Source of the DNA: Promethearchaeota archaeon
Lineage (GTDB): Archaea > Asgardarchaeota > Lokiarchaeia > Sigyniarchaeales > SOKP01
Direction: 5' to 3'
Assembly: GCA_048937405.1 (NCBI GenBank)
Contig: JBHLNF010000001.1
Coordinates: forward strand, 128,001-192,000
Length of the DNA: 64,000 nucleotides
The notes beneath the pieces were generated by a model. It was not told where the DNA came from. It saw only the letters and a list, made by a program, of their open reading frames with translations, and searched no databases. The number at the start of each line of letters is the position of its first letter. Position 1 is the stretch's first letter. Shown here piece after piece: positions 1-9,797 of the stretch. Both the position numbers and the translations under genes were made by a program.

Positions 1-2
1 CA

Positions 3-230
3 ATGTTTTCTCCAGAAGTTATTATAATTTTATTGGCTCCTATCATGGTAATCTTTCCAGTAATATCAAAATTAATCTCATTTATCAAACATAGAAATTT
101 AATAATCAGATTACAACAAGAAGGACGTATAAAAGAACTTCTTACTTCTGTTGGGGATTATGTTAGAAAAGAAGAAGTTGAAGTACCTATAGAAGAAAAA
201 ACGGAAGAAGTTGCTGTTGAATCTACTTAG
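3..230 (+). CDS. probable C-terminal part of a membrane protein (likely truncated by window edge)
   Basis: One hydrophobic helix then an acidic tail; the ORF begins at position 3, so the true start may lie upstream. Confidence 0.5.
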   Translation: MFSPEVIIILLAPIMVIFPVISKLISFIKHRNLIIRLQQEGRIKELLTSVGDYVRKEEVEVPIEEKTEEVAVEST

Positions 231-249
231 GAATGACTTCCTTTTTTAA

Positions 250-1179
250 TTATAATTGAATGATAAATTGAGCTAAATCTTTTTTCTTTAATAAATCTAC
301 CATTAGCGTATCATAACAATAAGTTCTTATACCAAGTTCTTCAATTTTTGGTTTTAAACTACAATCTTTATTATCAATTATGAAATGTCCTAAAAATTCT
401 CGATAATATTTTGCCACTCCTAAACATGAGATCTCTAATCCAATACATTTCATTAATTTATCAGCAGGTCCCTTAATTGGAGATCCTTCAATAATGGGAC
501 TAACGGAATATATTTTATCCTTAACTTTAGAGAGTGCCTTTTTAATGCCTTTCACTTGAACTATAGTTCCTATTGATACAATTGGATTTGAAGGACAGAT
601 TATTATTTTTTTTGCATCTTCTATATATTTTAGGACGTTTTTAATTGGTACTGAATTTTGAATACCCTCAAAATGAATGTTAAGAACTTTTGGTTTACAT
701 TGATGTTTAATGAAATATTCTTCAAAATGCATTGTTCCTGATGGAGTAGTAATAAATGTCTGAACATTTTCATTACACATCGGAATAAGATGAGATTTTA
801 CTCCCAAGTTTTTACATATCATATTGGTAATCTCTGCCTTGCTAAATCCTTGTTTGAATAGATCAGTCCGATAAATATGAGTAGCTAAGTCATAATCACC
901 AGCATTAAACCATCCTGTATTATAATATCTCTTTAAAATACTTAAACAATTAAAAGTCTCATCCTTAAATCCCCATCCCTTTTCTTTATCTACCAGGTTT
1001 GCTAATGTATAAGTTATTATATCCAAATCAGGGCAGATTTTTAGTCCAAACAACTCAATATCATCACCTGTATTAACAATAATCTTTAGTAATTCCGGGC
1101 TAACTACATTTGTTAATCCCTCAATTAATTTTGCGGCTCCAACACCTCCAGCTAAAACAACATAAAAATTATCATTCAT
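250..1179 (-). CDS. cofD: 2-phospho-L-lactate/phosphoenolpyruvate transferase (F420-0 synthesis)
   Basis: LAGGVGAAK, NTGDD, ICPDLD, HFEEYF, PSNPIVSIG, SPIIEGSPIKGPADKLM motifs of CofD/FbiA. Confidence 0.95.
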   Translation of the reverse strand: MNDNFYVVLAGGVGAAKLIEGLTNVVSPELLKIIVNTGDDIELFGLKICPDLDIITYTLANLVDKEKGWGFKDETFNCLSILKRYYNTGWFNAGDYDLATHIYRTDLFKQGFSKAEITNMICKNLGVKSHLIPMCNENVQTFITTPSGTMHFEEYFIKHQCKPKVLNIHFEGIQNSVPIKNVLKYIEDAKKIIICPSNPIVSIGTIVQVKGIKKALSKVKDKIYSVSPIIEGSPIKGPADKLMKCIGLEISCLGVAKYYREFLGHFIIDNKDCSLKPKIEELGIRTYCYDTLMVDLLKKKDLAQFIIQL

Positions 1180-1191
1180 AATTTTATTAGT

Positions 1192-2604
1192 CTAAATATT
1201 AGGTTCATATATTATTTCTTTCAAATTTTTACGATTTGGAGCTTTTATTGTTTTAATTGGGTAACCAACTGTAAAAAAAGCCATAGGGATATAACTTTGA
1301 GGTAGTTGCAAATTTTCTCTTATAATATTCTTAGCAAAAAGTGGAGCACAATACCAGCATGCAGCTAAATTTTTCATCTCGAGAGAAAGGAGAAAATAAA
1401 TTGCTGAACTACTAATACTTTGTATTCCTAAAAAAAATTCATTCTGATTTCTTTCAAAATCCGAATACTTTTCTAAATCTGAAGTATCCATGCATAGTAA
1501 AACCAAGAAGGGTGAATTTAAAAAACTATTTTTGGTTCTTTCTATTTTTAATTTAATAAACTCTTCTGATTTCCCATCTTTTTGTAAATCTATTCTTAAT
1601 TTTTCATTCATTTTAATAATCAAACTTTCACGTTTCTTATCTCTTTCAAATATTATATATCTCCAAAATTGTCCATTATGAGCGCTTGGTGCCCATCTGG
1701 CAAGCTTAATACATTCTTCAACAATTTTTCTATCAACATCTTGAGTAGAAAAAGATAATTTATAGCTTCTACGCTTTTTTAAGAATTTTTTTATTATATC
1801 CTCTTTATTTTCTCTGAATAAATCAATCTCCTTATTTCTCAAAATAGATTTAATTGTTGCTTTAGTACTAAATTCAAAATTATATCCTCTTATTAGTACA
1901 ATAGGAATACCCTCATTACATTCACCCATAACTAATTGTGCTGCTGCTGCTAAACTATCTACTTGGCCAATTAATGTTGTTTGGAGTATCTTCCCAAATA
2001 AATCATGTTGACCCCGCATGTCTAAAATCGGATTTATTCCTGAAACACCAATAGCAGTTCCAATAGCTCCTATTCTAAAAGCTCTCCCAAATGAATCGGA
2101 TATTATTATAGCTACATCCTTTTCTGTTTTCTTTTTTAATGTTATTCTTATTTTCTCCGCTTCCATATCAGGATTTTCTGGTAAAAGAGTTATTACACCT
2201 TCACCATCGACATTAGACTTATCTATTCCAGCATCAGCACAAATAAATCCGTGTTTAGTTTCTGTTATTATTACGTGTTGACTCTTTACAATTTCCTTAG
2301 ATTCATCTAAAATAGCTTGAATTAATTCAGGATTTTTTTCTGGTAATCCGTGAGTCTTAACTTTTGGTGTAATTTTTTTCCATAATTTAAAAGCTTTAGT
2401 ACTTGGTGTTATCTTATTTAAATTCCTTGTTCTACCAATACTTTTTGAAATAATAGTTTGAGCGATAATTAATATATCTCTATCTTCTAAGGTTAACCCA
2501 TTATTATTTATTGCCTTTAATATGATTTCGGGAATATTATCGCCTTTTTGAATTAATGGAACTTCTTTTAGTCCTATAATTTTAATTTCCTTACTAATAT
2601 ACAT
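1192..2604 (-). CDS. cofE: F420-0:gamma-glutamyl ligase fused to a C-terminal nitroreductase-fold domain (FbiB-like architecture)
   Basis: N-term CADAGIDKSN, LLPENPD, IISDSFGRAFRIG, LVMGE..EGIPIVLIRG; C-term RRSYK, APSAHNGQFW, LAACWYCAPLF, VGYP nitroreductase motifs. Confidence 0.92.
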   Translation of the reverse strand: MYISKEIKIIGLKEVPLIQKGDNIPEIILKAINNNGLTLEDRDILIIAQTIISKSIGRTRNLNKITPSTKAFKLWKKITPKVKTHGLPEKNPELIQAILDESKEIVKSQHVIITETKHGFICADAGIDKSNVDGEGVITLLPENPDMEAEKIRITLKKKTEKDVAIIISDSFGRAFRIGAIGTAIGVSGINPILDMRGQHDLFGKILQTTLIGQVDSLAAAAQLVMGECNEGIPIVLIRGYNFEFSTKATIKSILRNKEIDLFRENKEDIIKKFLKKRRSYKLSFSTQDVDRKIVEECIKLARWAPSAHNGQFWRYIIFERDKKRESLIIKMNEKLRIDLQKDGKSEEFIKLKIERTKNSFLNSPFLVLLCMDTSDLEKYSDFERNQNEFFLGIQSISSSAIYFLLSLEMKNLAACWYCAPLFAKNIIRENLQLPQSYIPMAFFTVGYPIKTIKAPNRKNLKEIIYEPNI

Positions 2605-2615
2605 AATTTTTCGCT

Positions 2616-3671
2616 TCAGATCTTTGTATATTTTCTAATATCTTCAATATTACTTTCAGCTAAATTTTCAAACTTTTCAGGAATTGCACAACAAGCAGAA
2701 AAATATTTATACTGTATTTTAGAATTATATTCCCTTAACCATATTAAAGTATCTCTAGATGGGATTTCAATTCGAGTGATACCTGCTTTAATTGCAGCTT
2801 TTTCAATCTCATTTTTAGCTCTTCCCCGAGGTCTCATACACCCTAATGAAATTTCTGTCTTAGGAAAAAGAATTCTTAGGATACTTATCACCTTTGCAAT
2901 ATCTTCTGGTTTTGGAATCTTAAATTTAATTTTGGAATCCTTTGGAGGAATTAAAACAATAATAACTATTAATGAGGGATTAATATTAGATTCCTTAATA
3001 AATTTAATAGAATCTAACTCCTTGCTCAGATTTCCATAATGAAGACCAATACAAATGTGAGGAACAATATTTAATTTATACCTTTTTAATAAATTTATTG
3101 CCCTTTTATATTCACTTAATTCGATATCTAAATGGTATATATTCTTTACAACCTCTTCATCCATATTTATATCAAAGGATACTATATCAACCTTAGCATC
3201 AGCGAGCTTCTTTGCTGTTTTTTCATTTAACAATCCGGTGTGTGAATTTATTATTAATTTTGTTTCTCTTTTCACTTTTTTTATAGCATCTAAATAATTT
3301 AATAATGGCACTGAACCATCCTCCATATTCCCTCCTGATATTAATGCCCCTACTCCACCCTTTTTAGAAAGGTCAAATAAAAATCTCTCTAATTTATGGG
3401 GATCTAGAATAGGGGTCATTCCCTTTAAATATTTCTTATTACAATGTTCACATTGTAAATTACATTCTCTTCCCGTTATACTGATAGCAGGAAATCTATT
3501 TGTGGGAATATAAATCTTTAAAATATTATTAAAGTTTTTACGGGTAATCTCTTGGGTTATGTCAAATAATTCAGTTAATTCAATTGATTCTAGATTGAGA
3601 ATGGTTGAAAAATCTCCCCATTCTATTGATTGAGATGTTATTTTTTCCTTCAACAATTGAGTTCTAGTCAT
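2616..3671 (-). CDS. lipS1: radical SAM archaeal lipoyl synthase subunit LipS1
   Basis: CxxxCxxC (CNLQCEHC), GCMR and C-terminal CC motifs; next to a lipoate ligase and lipS2. Confidence 0.8.
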   Translation of the reverse strand: MTRTQLLKEKITSQSIEWGDFSTILNLESIELTELFDITQEITRKNFNNILKIYIPTNRFPAISITGRECNLQCEHCNKKYLKGMTPILDPHKLERFLFDLSKKGGVGALISGGNMEDGSVPLLNYLDAIKKVKRETKLIINSHTGLLNEKTAKKLADAKVDIVSFDINMDEEVVKNIYHLDIELSEYKRAINLLKRYKLNIVPHICIGLHYGNLSKELDSIKFIKESNINPSLIVIIVLIPPKDSKIKFKIPKPEDIAKVISILRILFPKTEISLGCMRPRGRAKNEIEKAAIKAGITRIEIPSRDTLIWLREYNSKIQYKYFSACCAIPEKFENLAESNIEDIRKYTKI

Positions 3672-4443
3672 ATTTTTTTAGCCAATTTTGAGTAGAATAT
3701 TTCTTTAGAACTAATTCTTCAGCTAACTTAATTTCTTCTTTAGTAAAAAAATCATCGACACAATTGATTTTTAGTGCTTTTTCGAAGCCATATTTTAATG
3801 ATCTAAGTAATTTTCGTTCTTTATAGTTTGGAATAATATTTTTTATGCCTATACACTTTGCTCGAACTGATCTGACCATTCTAGATTTCGTTACATTTTC
3901 TGGAGTCTTAAGTACAGAATACATTAATTCAGGGTTTATATCTAATAAAATTGTACCATGTTGGAGGAGATATCCTTTTCTGCGGATTTGAGCATTTCCA
4001 GAAAATTTTTTTCCATCCAAAAGAATTGCTGGACAATGGATGACATCCTTCTCTGGTTTTAAACCAAAATTTGATAATCCCCCAATTATTCCTTGGGTGA
4101 TTATTTCAAACTGATCTAAGACTTTATTTGCGCCTAATTTCTCAAGATATTTAATAGGACAAACAATTGAATAAGTAATCTCTCTAAATTCATCGTGGAA
4201 AACTGCACCGCCTCCAGTAATACGTCTTACAACATTGAATCCTCGATCTATGGCAATTTGAAGGTCAATCTCATCCGAAAGACTTTGATTTCTGCCAATA
4301 CTTGCTGTTGAAGGGTGCCATTTATAAAATCTTAATGTGTTTGGAGATTTTCCCTCTATGACTGCTGTTAGAATTGCCTCATCTAAAGCCATATTCCAAA
4401 AACCATTCTTAACTGTAAGTGGTATAAATCTCCAGGTATTCAT
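3664..4443 (-). CDS. lipoate/octanoate-protein ligase catalytic domain (LplA-N/LipM family)
   Basis: NMALDEA, RRITGGGAVFHD, GKKFSGNAQ, LQHGTIL; no fused LplB domain. Confidence 0.9.
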   Translation of the reverse strand: MNTWRFIPLTVKNGFWNMALDEAILTAVIEGKSPNTLRFYKWHPSTASIGRNQSLSDEIDLQIAIDRGFNVVRRITGGGAVFHDEFREITYSIVCPIKYLEKLGANKVLDQFEIITQGIIGGLSNFGLKPEKDVIHCPAILLDGKKFSGNAQIRRKGYLLQHGTILLDINPELMYSVLKTPENVTKSRMVRSVRAKCIGIKNIIPNYKERKLLRSLKYGFEKALKINCVDDFFTKEEIKLAEELVLKKYSTQNWLKKYD

Positions 4444-4456
4444 TTTTACTAATCAC

Positions 4457-5461
4457 TTATTTATTTACAAATTTATTTAGTAATTCATATATCTCTTCTT
4501 TTTGTTTATCTGTCAGCGAACTTGGATAATTATAGATAGGACCTGAAGGTTTTGAAGTATAATAAGGGCGATTACATCCAGGACATCCAGAAGTTAAAAA
4601 AGAGTCTGTCTCATCAATGAGAATCTTTAGCTCTTTTTTATTAATATTAATATTAATAATTTCTCCTCTTGTATTAAATGTAAAATCCTTCAATTTTTTC
4701 CTTCTATTATAAATAAGAAATCTTCCTAACTGTATTTTTCTATAATTTGTAATACTAGGTTGTTGCTTATTTTCAAATCTGGTACCTTTAATTGGTGTAA
4801 ATGCAAATAGAGAAACAATAATACCTAAGTTGAATAATTCTTCAATAAGTTGAATTACATTTTTTTCAGTTTCATTTAATCCAACAATTATATGAGTACT
4901 TACAAATCCAGGAGTAAAAATTTCTAGAGCTTCTTTTAATTTTTGAAGGTGCTCCTCCCATTTATAGGGACCTTCAACATTCTTACCTTTTATTATTTCA
5001 AAAATTTCGGGTGTAGCCCCATCTAATGCAATTCCCACTCTTTGAACACCTCTATTTTTTAATTCTTTCAATTTTTCTTTTGACATAGGTGGAATTGCAA
5101 CTGAAATAGGAATGTCAATAATTCTTTTAATCTGAGTTATTATCTCGATTAAATCATTGAAATTTTCTGGGTAATTAAGTGTTTGAATACAAATTCTTTC
5201 AAATTTTTTTGAAGATGGCAAATACTTAAGTTTTGTCAGAAAATCTTTGAAGGAAAAAATTGGCCAATTAACACGAGATAGCTTCTCAATGGAGCTTTTT
5301 GATGATCTGGCTTGAGGACAAAAACTACAATTCGCTAAACAATGACCCTCCCTGAATGTCATGAGATAACACGTAGTAGGAGGATATTTAAATCGAGGTA
5401 ACGACCCTAATTCTAAAACTGAGGCACTTCCAACAGATAATCTTATTTTTTCAATTGTCAC
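4457..5461 (-). CDS. lipS2: radical SAM archaeal lipoyl synthase subunit LipS2
   Basis: CLANCSFC radical SAM motif and TSGCPGCNRP signature. Confidence 0.82.
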   Translation of the reverse strand: MTIEKIRLSVGSASVLELGSLPRFKYPPTTCYLMTFREGHCLANCSFCPQARSSKSSIEKLSRVNWPIFSFKDFLTKLKYLPSSKKFERICIQTLNYPENFNDLIEIITQIKRIIDIPISVAIPPMSKEKLKELKNRGVQRVGIALDGATPEIFEIIKGKNVEGPYKWEEHLQKLKEALEIFTPGFVSTHIIVGLNETEKNVIQLIEELFNLGIIVSLFAFTPIKGTRFENKQQPSITNYRKIQLGRFLIYNRRKKLKDFTFNTRGEIINININKKELKILIDETDSFLTSGCPGCNRPYYTSKPSGPIYNYPSSLTDKQKEEIYELLNKFVNK

Positions 5462-5658
5462 TAATATCCTTAGTAAGTTGGTAAAGTTAAGTTTTATTGC
5501 TACAGTTTATTTTTTTTCTATTTAGAATAACTATTGAAATTTTAAGTAATAACAAAAGATACTATGGTTAGTTTTCTACATAAAAAATTTATTGAATCAA
5601 ATACTAAAATATTAAATCGTTTGTATAACCACTAATTTATGGAAAGTAGTAGGATTTT

Positions 5659-8448
5659 ATGGTTGATTATAACGCAGAAAAAATCGAGAAAAAATGGCAA
5701 CAAAAATGGGAAAAAGATAAAATTTTTGAAGTTCAAGTAGATTCAGGGAAAAAAAAATATTATGTTTTAGAGATGTATCCTTATCCGTCTGGAAAACTTC
5801 ATATGGGGCACCTGAGAAATTATACTATAGGAGATTGCTATGCTAGATTTAAAAGGATGAATGGTTTTAATGTTCTTTATCCCATGGGTTATGATTCGTT
5901 TGGTATGCCTGCAGAGAATGCAGCAATTGATCATGGTGCTAATCCTGAAGAATGGACTAACAAAAATATAAAGAAAATGAAAAATCAGCAAAAAAGAATC
6001 GGACTTTCATACGACTGGACACGGGAGGTATATAGTCATAATCCAAATTATTATAAATGGGATCAATGGTTTTTTTTAAAGATGCTAGAAAAGGGATTAG
6101 CGTATAAACAAGAAAGCTATGTTAATTGGTGTCCTAAATGTGCTACGGTTCTAGCAAATGAGCAAGCTCAAGGAGGAAAGTGCTGGAGATGTAATACAAT
6201 TGTTGACCAGAAGTTTTTAACGCAATGGTTTCTTAAGATAAGAGATTATGCAGATGAATTGCTCGAGGGTTTAAATCTTGTTGATTGGCCTGAAAAAGTT
6301 AAGATTATGCAACAGAATTGGATTGGAAGATCAGAGGGTACAATAATAAAATTCCCTATTGATGAAGAAAAAAGAACTATAGATATATTTACAACTAGAC
6401 CTGATACATTATATGGTGTAACCTTTATGGTTTTTGCTCCCGAACATCCTTGGGTTCGAGAATGGGTGATTGGAACGGAATATGAGAATAGTTTTAATAA
6501 ATTATATGATGAGGTAATGCATCAAGATAAATTTGAACGAACTGATATTGAAATAACAAAGAAAGGAATGTTTATTGGAAAATATGCGGTAAATCCAATT
6601 AACAGTGAAAAAATTCCTATTTTCATAGGTAATTTTGTAATTTATGAGTATGGAGCAGGTGCTGTCATGGCAGTTCCAGCACATGACCAGAGAGATTTTG
6701 AATTCGCTAAAGAATACGATGTTCCAATCAAGATTGTAATTCAACCACATGACTATGAATTAAATATTACCAAAATGACTCGTGCATATGAAAGCGATGG
6801 TATCCTAGTAAACTCAGGAGAATTCAATGGCATGGAGAATAGATCTGCTATTAATAAAATAACTGAAAAATTAAATGAACTTGATATGGGATATGCTACT
6901 ATAAATTACAAGTTAAGAGATTGGGGAATTTCACGTCAACGCTATTGGGGCTGTCCAATACCAATCGTATATTGTGATGAATGTGGAACGATCCCAGTCC
7001 CATATGAAGACTTGCCAGTATATTTACCAAATGATGTGATATTCACCGAAGCAGGTAATCCATTAAAATCAAGTGAAAGGTTTGTTAATACAAAATGTCC
7101 CAAATGTGGAAATGACGCAACACGTGAGACAGATACAATGGATACTTTTATTGATAGTTCTTGGTATTTCTTTGCCTATTGCGATCCCCCTTCTCTAGAA
7201 TCAGATATTCCTTATGCTAAAACTAAGGTAAATTATTGGGGTAATGTTGATCTCTATGTGGGAGGGATCGAGCATGCTATACTCCATTTGATCTACGCGA
7301 GATTCTTTACAAAAGTGGCTCGTGATTTAGGACTTCACAAATTTGATGAGCCCTTCCAGAAATTATTAACTCAGGGGATGATTAATAAAGCACACCCATA
7401 TTGCCCTAAATGTAATACTTTTCTTATGAAAGCTGATTTAGAAGAGATGAAATGTAGAAAATGTGGAAGTAATGATCTTATTCAAAAATCTGTTAAAATG
7501 AGTAAAAGTTATGGAAATACAGTAGATCCGGGGGAAATTATTGGAAAATATGGAGCAGATGCAGCAAGATTTTTTATATTATTTGGAGCAAGCCCTGAAT
7601 CAGGATTAGAATGGAATGATGAGGGGGTCAATTTTGCTAATAAATTTATAAGAAATTTCTTTCATTTGTTAGCTACTCCAATTCAAAATAAAAGAAATAA
7701 AAGAAGTATTAGTGATGATCTAATTATATATAATTTGTATAAGACCATTAAATTAGTTTCTGAATACATTAACAGAATTGCGATTCGAGACGCTCTTAAT
7801 TATATTATACAATTCGTCTCGGAGTTAACAAAGTATAAAGAGGAAGGAGTAATGGAAAAAATCTTTGAAGAATGTAGAGAAAAATTATTAATTCTTTCAC
7901 ATCCCTTTGTTCCGCACGTTACAGAAGAAATCTGGGAATTAATTGGAAAAGATAGATTTCTAAGTATAACTCTTTGGCCAACTTATAATAATGATCTCCT
8001 CAATGTTGAAAATGATTATAAATGGAATTTATTAAACAACACTATTGATGACATCAAAAGTATTAAATTAGCAACAAAAATCAATGATATAAAAAAAACT
8101 ATAATTATAACGGCCACTGATTGGAAATATAAATTTTATTCACAATTAATGATATTAATTGAAGAAACAAAGGATCAAGGAGAGATCATGAAAGAATTGA
8201 TGAAAAATGGCGATTTAAAAATTCACAGTAAATTTATCAGTCAAACAACTACTAAGATTCTCAAAAATATTGGAAAGTATTCCAAACACCATATTGATAT
8301 ATCTGATGAAAATCAATTTTTTAATGAAATAAAACCTCTGATCAAAAAAAGATTTAATTGTAATGTAGATGTTATAGTAGAAGTTAAGTCTGAACATAAA
8401 AAAGCATCTCAAGCATTACCAGGACGCCCTGCTATAGTTTTAGAATAA
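5659..8448 (+). CDS. leuS: leucine--tRNA ligase
   Basis: PYPSGKLHMGH (HIGH), FTTRPDT and GAGAVMAVPAHDQRD editing domain, KMSKS, C-terminal ALPGRPAI. Confidence 0.97.
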   Translation: MVDYNAEKIEKKWQQKWEKDKIFEVQVDSGKKKYYVLEMYPYPSGKLHMGHLRNYTIGDCYARFKRMNGFNVLYPMGYDSFGMPAENAAIDHGANPEEWTNKNIKKMKNQQKRIGLSYDWTREVYSHNPNYYKWDQWFFLKMLEKGLAYKQESYVNWCPKCATVLANEQAQGGKCWRCNTIVDQKFLTQWFLKIRDYADELLEGLNLVDWPEKVKIMQQNWIGRSEGTIIKFPIDEEKRTIDIFTTRPDTLYGVTFMVFAPEHPWVREWVIGTEYENSFNKLYDEVMHQDKFERTDIEITKKGMFIGKYAVNPINSEKIPIFIGNFVIYEYGAGAVMAVPAHDQRDFEFAKEYDVPIKIVIQPHDYELNITKMTRAYESDGILVNSGEFNGMENRSAINKITEKLNELDMGYATINYKLRDWGISRQRYWGCPIPIVYCDECGTIPVPYEDLPVYLPNDVIFTEAGNPLKSSERFVNTKCPKCGNDATRETDTMDTFIDSSWYFFAYCDPPSLESDIPYAKTKVNYWGNVDLYVGGIEHAILHLIYARFFTKVARDLGLHKFDEPFQKLLTQGMINKAHPYCPKCNTFLMKADLEEMKCRKCGSNDLIQKSVKMSKSYGNTVDPGEIIGKYGADAARFFILFGASPESGLEWNDEGVNFANKFIRNFFHLLATPIQNKRNKRSISDDLIIYNLYKTIKLVSEYINRIAIRDALNYIIQFVSELTKYKEEGVMEKIFEECREKLLILSHPFVPHVTEEIWELIGKDRFLSITLWPTYNNDLLNVENDYKWNLLNNTIDDIKSIKLATKINDIKKTIIITATDWKYKFYSQLMILIEETKDQGEIMKELMKNGDLKIHSKFISQTTTKILKNIGKYSKHHIDISDENQFFNEIKPLIKKRFNCNVDVIVEVKSEHKKASQALPGRPAIVLE

Positions 8449-8499
8449 TTATAGGATTTTTAAATTTTTTTTCTTTTGCCTGCTAATTTATATTCATTA

Positions 8500-9078
8500 T
8501 TATTTATTTACGTATTCGATGTTAATTATAAGACTATAATCCTTACTTTGATTAAGATTTATTTTTGAAACCTTTCCATACCCTATTTGAAGTTTAAATG
8601 AACTTTTTAAGGGAATTTTTAATAAATAAGATAAGATTGAGCGGATTACTCCCGAATGAGTAATGATGCCCACTTTTTTATGACCTTTTTCGATTATATC
8701 TTCAAAAAATCTACAAGATCTCCTATATAGATCAAGAAACGATTCACCATTAGGACATGGTTTGTTTATAAAATCCTTTGTCCATTCTTGAAATTTAACT
8801 CTATTTATTAAATTCCATTTTTTTAACTCCCATTCACCAAAATCCATTTCAAGTAGGCGTTTATCTATTATTGGTGTTGTAGTGGATAATTTTTCTGAAA
8901 GCAAAGTACATCTTTTCAATGGACTTGAGTAAAAAACCATCTGAGGAGAAAAGGGCAATTTTTTTTTAAGTTCTTTAAGTTCATGTTCAAAAGAATCTGC
9001 AATATCTACATCAGATTGACCGTAACACACATCATTATCCAATTTTACATTAGTATGTCGAATAAGATATATATCCAT
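8500..9078 (-). CDS. cobC: alpha-ribazole-5'-phosphate phosphatase (histidine phosphatase, bacterial CobC type)
   Basis: LIRHT, CYGQSD, SSPLKRC, EMDFGEWE, GES, THSGVIR; last gene of the cob run. Confidence 0.85.
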   Translation of the reverse strand: MDIYLIRHTNVKLDNDVCYGQSDVDIADSFEHELKELKKKLPFSPQMVFYSSPLKRCTLLSEKLSTTTPIIDKRLLEMDFGEWELKKWNLINRVKFQEWTKDFINKPCPNGESFLDLYRRSCRFFEDIIEKGHKKVGIITHSGVIRSILSYLLKIPLKSSFKLQIGYGKVSKINLNQSKDYSLIINIEYVNK

Positions 9079-9127
9079 ACTTTAATCAATATAAGAAAAA
9101 TTTTTTTTGTTATATGTATTTATATTA

Positions 9128-9769
9128 TCACTTAATTCTATTGTTAAATTTTTTCAATTGATAAAAATCATCGATTGTGTTAATATTGAACAATAACTCT
9201 TCCTGTTCGCTAATAAAAATTGCTTGGTCAAGTTCTGGTTGTCCTATTAAGCGACCATCTATTATATTAATTCCTAGTGGTACTAAATTATTCTGTTTAT
9301 CATCAGATTGGAAAATTATTGTTGGTTTTAATCCATATTGACTAAATAATTTAATCTCTGCCATAACAGAAAGTGCTGGTCTACTTAATATAAAATATTT
9401 ATTGATAATCTCGTCGAGAATCTTAGGTTTAATTAACGGGATATCGGCTGCGATCGTTATGACAACCTCAAGATTTAATTTTTTTATTACAAATAATAAA
9501 TCTGAGTGGTAATTAATACCAGGAGTTTCTATCAATATAATTGACATTTTTTTTTTCTCGAGGACAGATTTCGTCTGTGGAGTGAATGGAGAGAGTGCAA
9601 TAATTACTTTATTGATATTTTTCGCGTTTAATGTCGCCTCAATGGCATATTCAATCATAAATCTATTATTAAATTGAAGTAATAATTTTTCTTGATATTT
9701 AGACTTAACTTTATCAAAATTAAACCGTTCACCTTTACCTCCTGCCATAATTATCGCTGGTATTTGCAT
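9128..9769 (-). CDS. cobY: adenosylcobinamide-phosphate guanylyltransferase (archaeal type)
   Basis: IMAGGKGERF NTP-transferase start, ETPG..Y..DL, ADIP, NINT..D; next to cobS. Confidence 0.85.
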   Translation of the reverse strand: MQIPAIIMAGGKGERFNFDKVKSKYQEKLLLQFNNRFMIEYAIEATLNAKNINKVIIALSPFTPQTKSVLEKKKMSIILIETPGINYHSDLLFVIKKLNLEVVITIAADIPLIKPKILDEIINKYFILSRPALSVMAEIKLFSQYGLKPTIIFQSDDKQNNLVPLGINIIDGRLIGQPELDQAIFISEQEELLFNINTIDDFYQLKKFNNRIK

Positions 9770-9797
9770 AATTTAGTCTCAAAATAAAATAAATACT

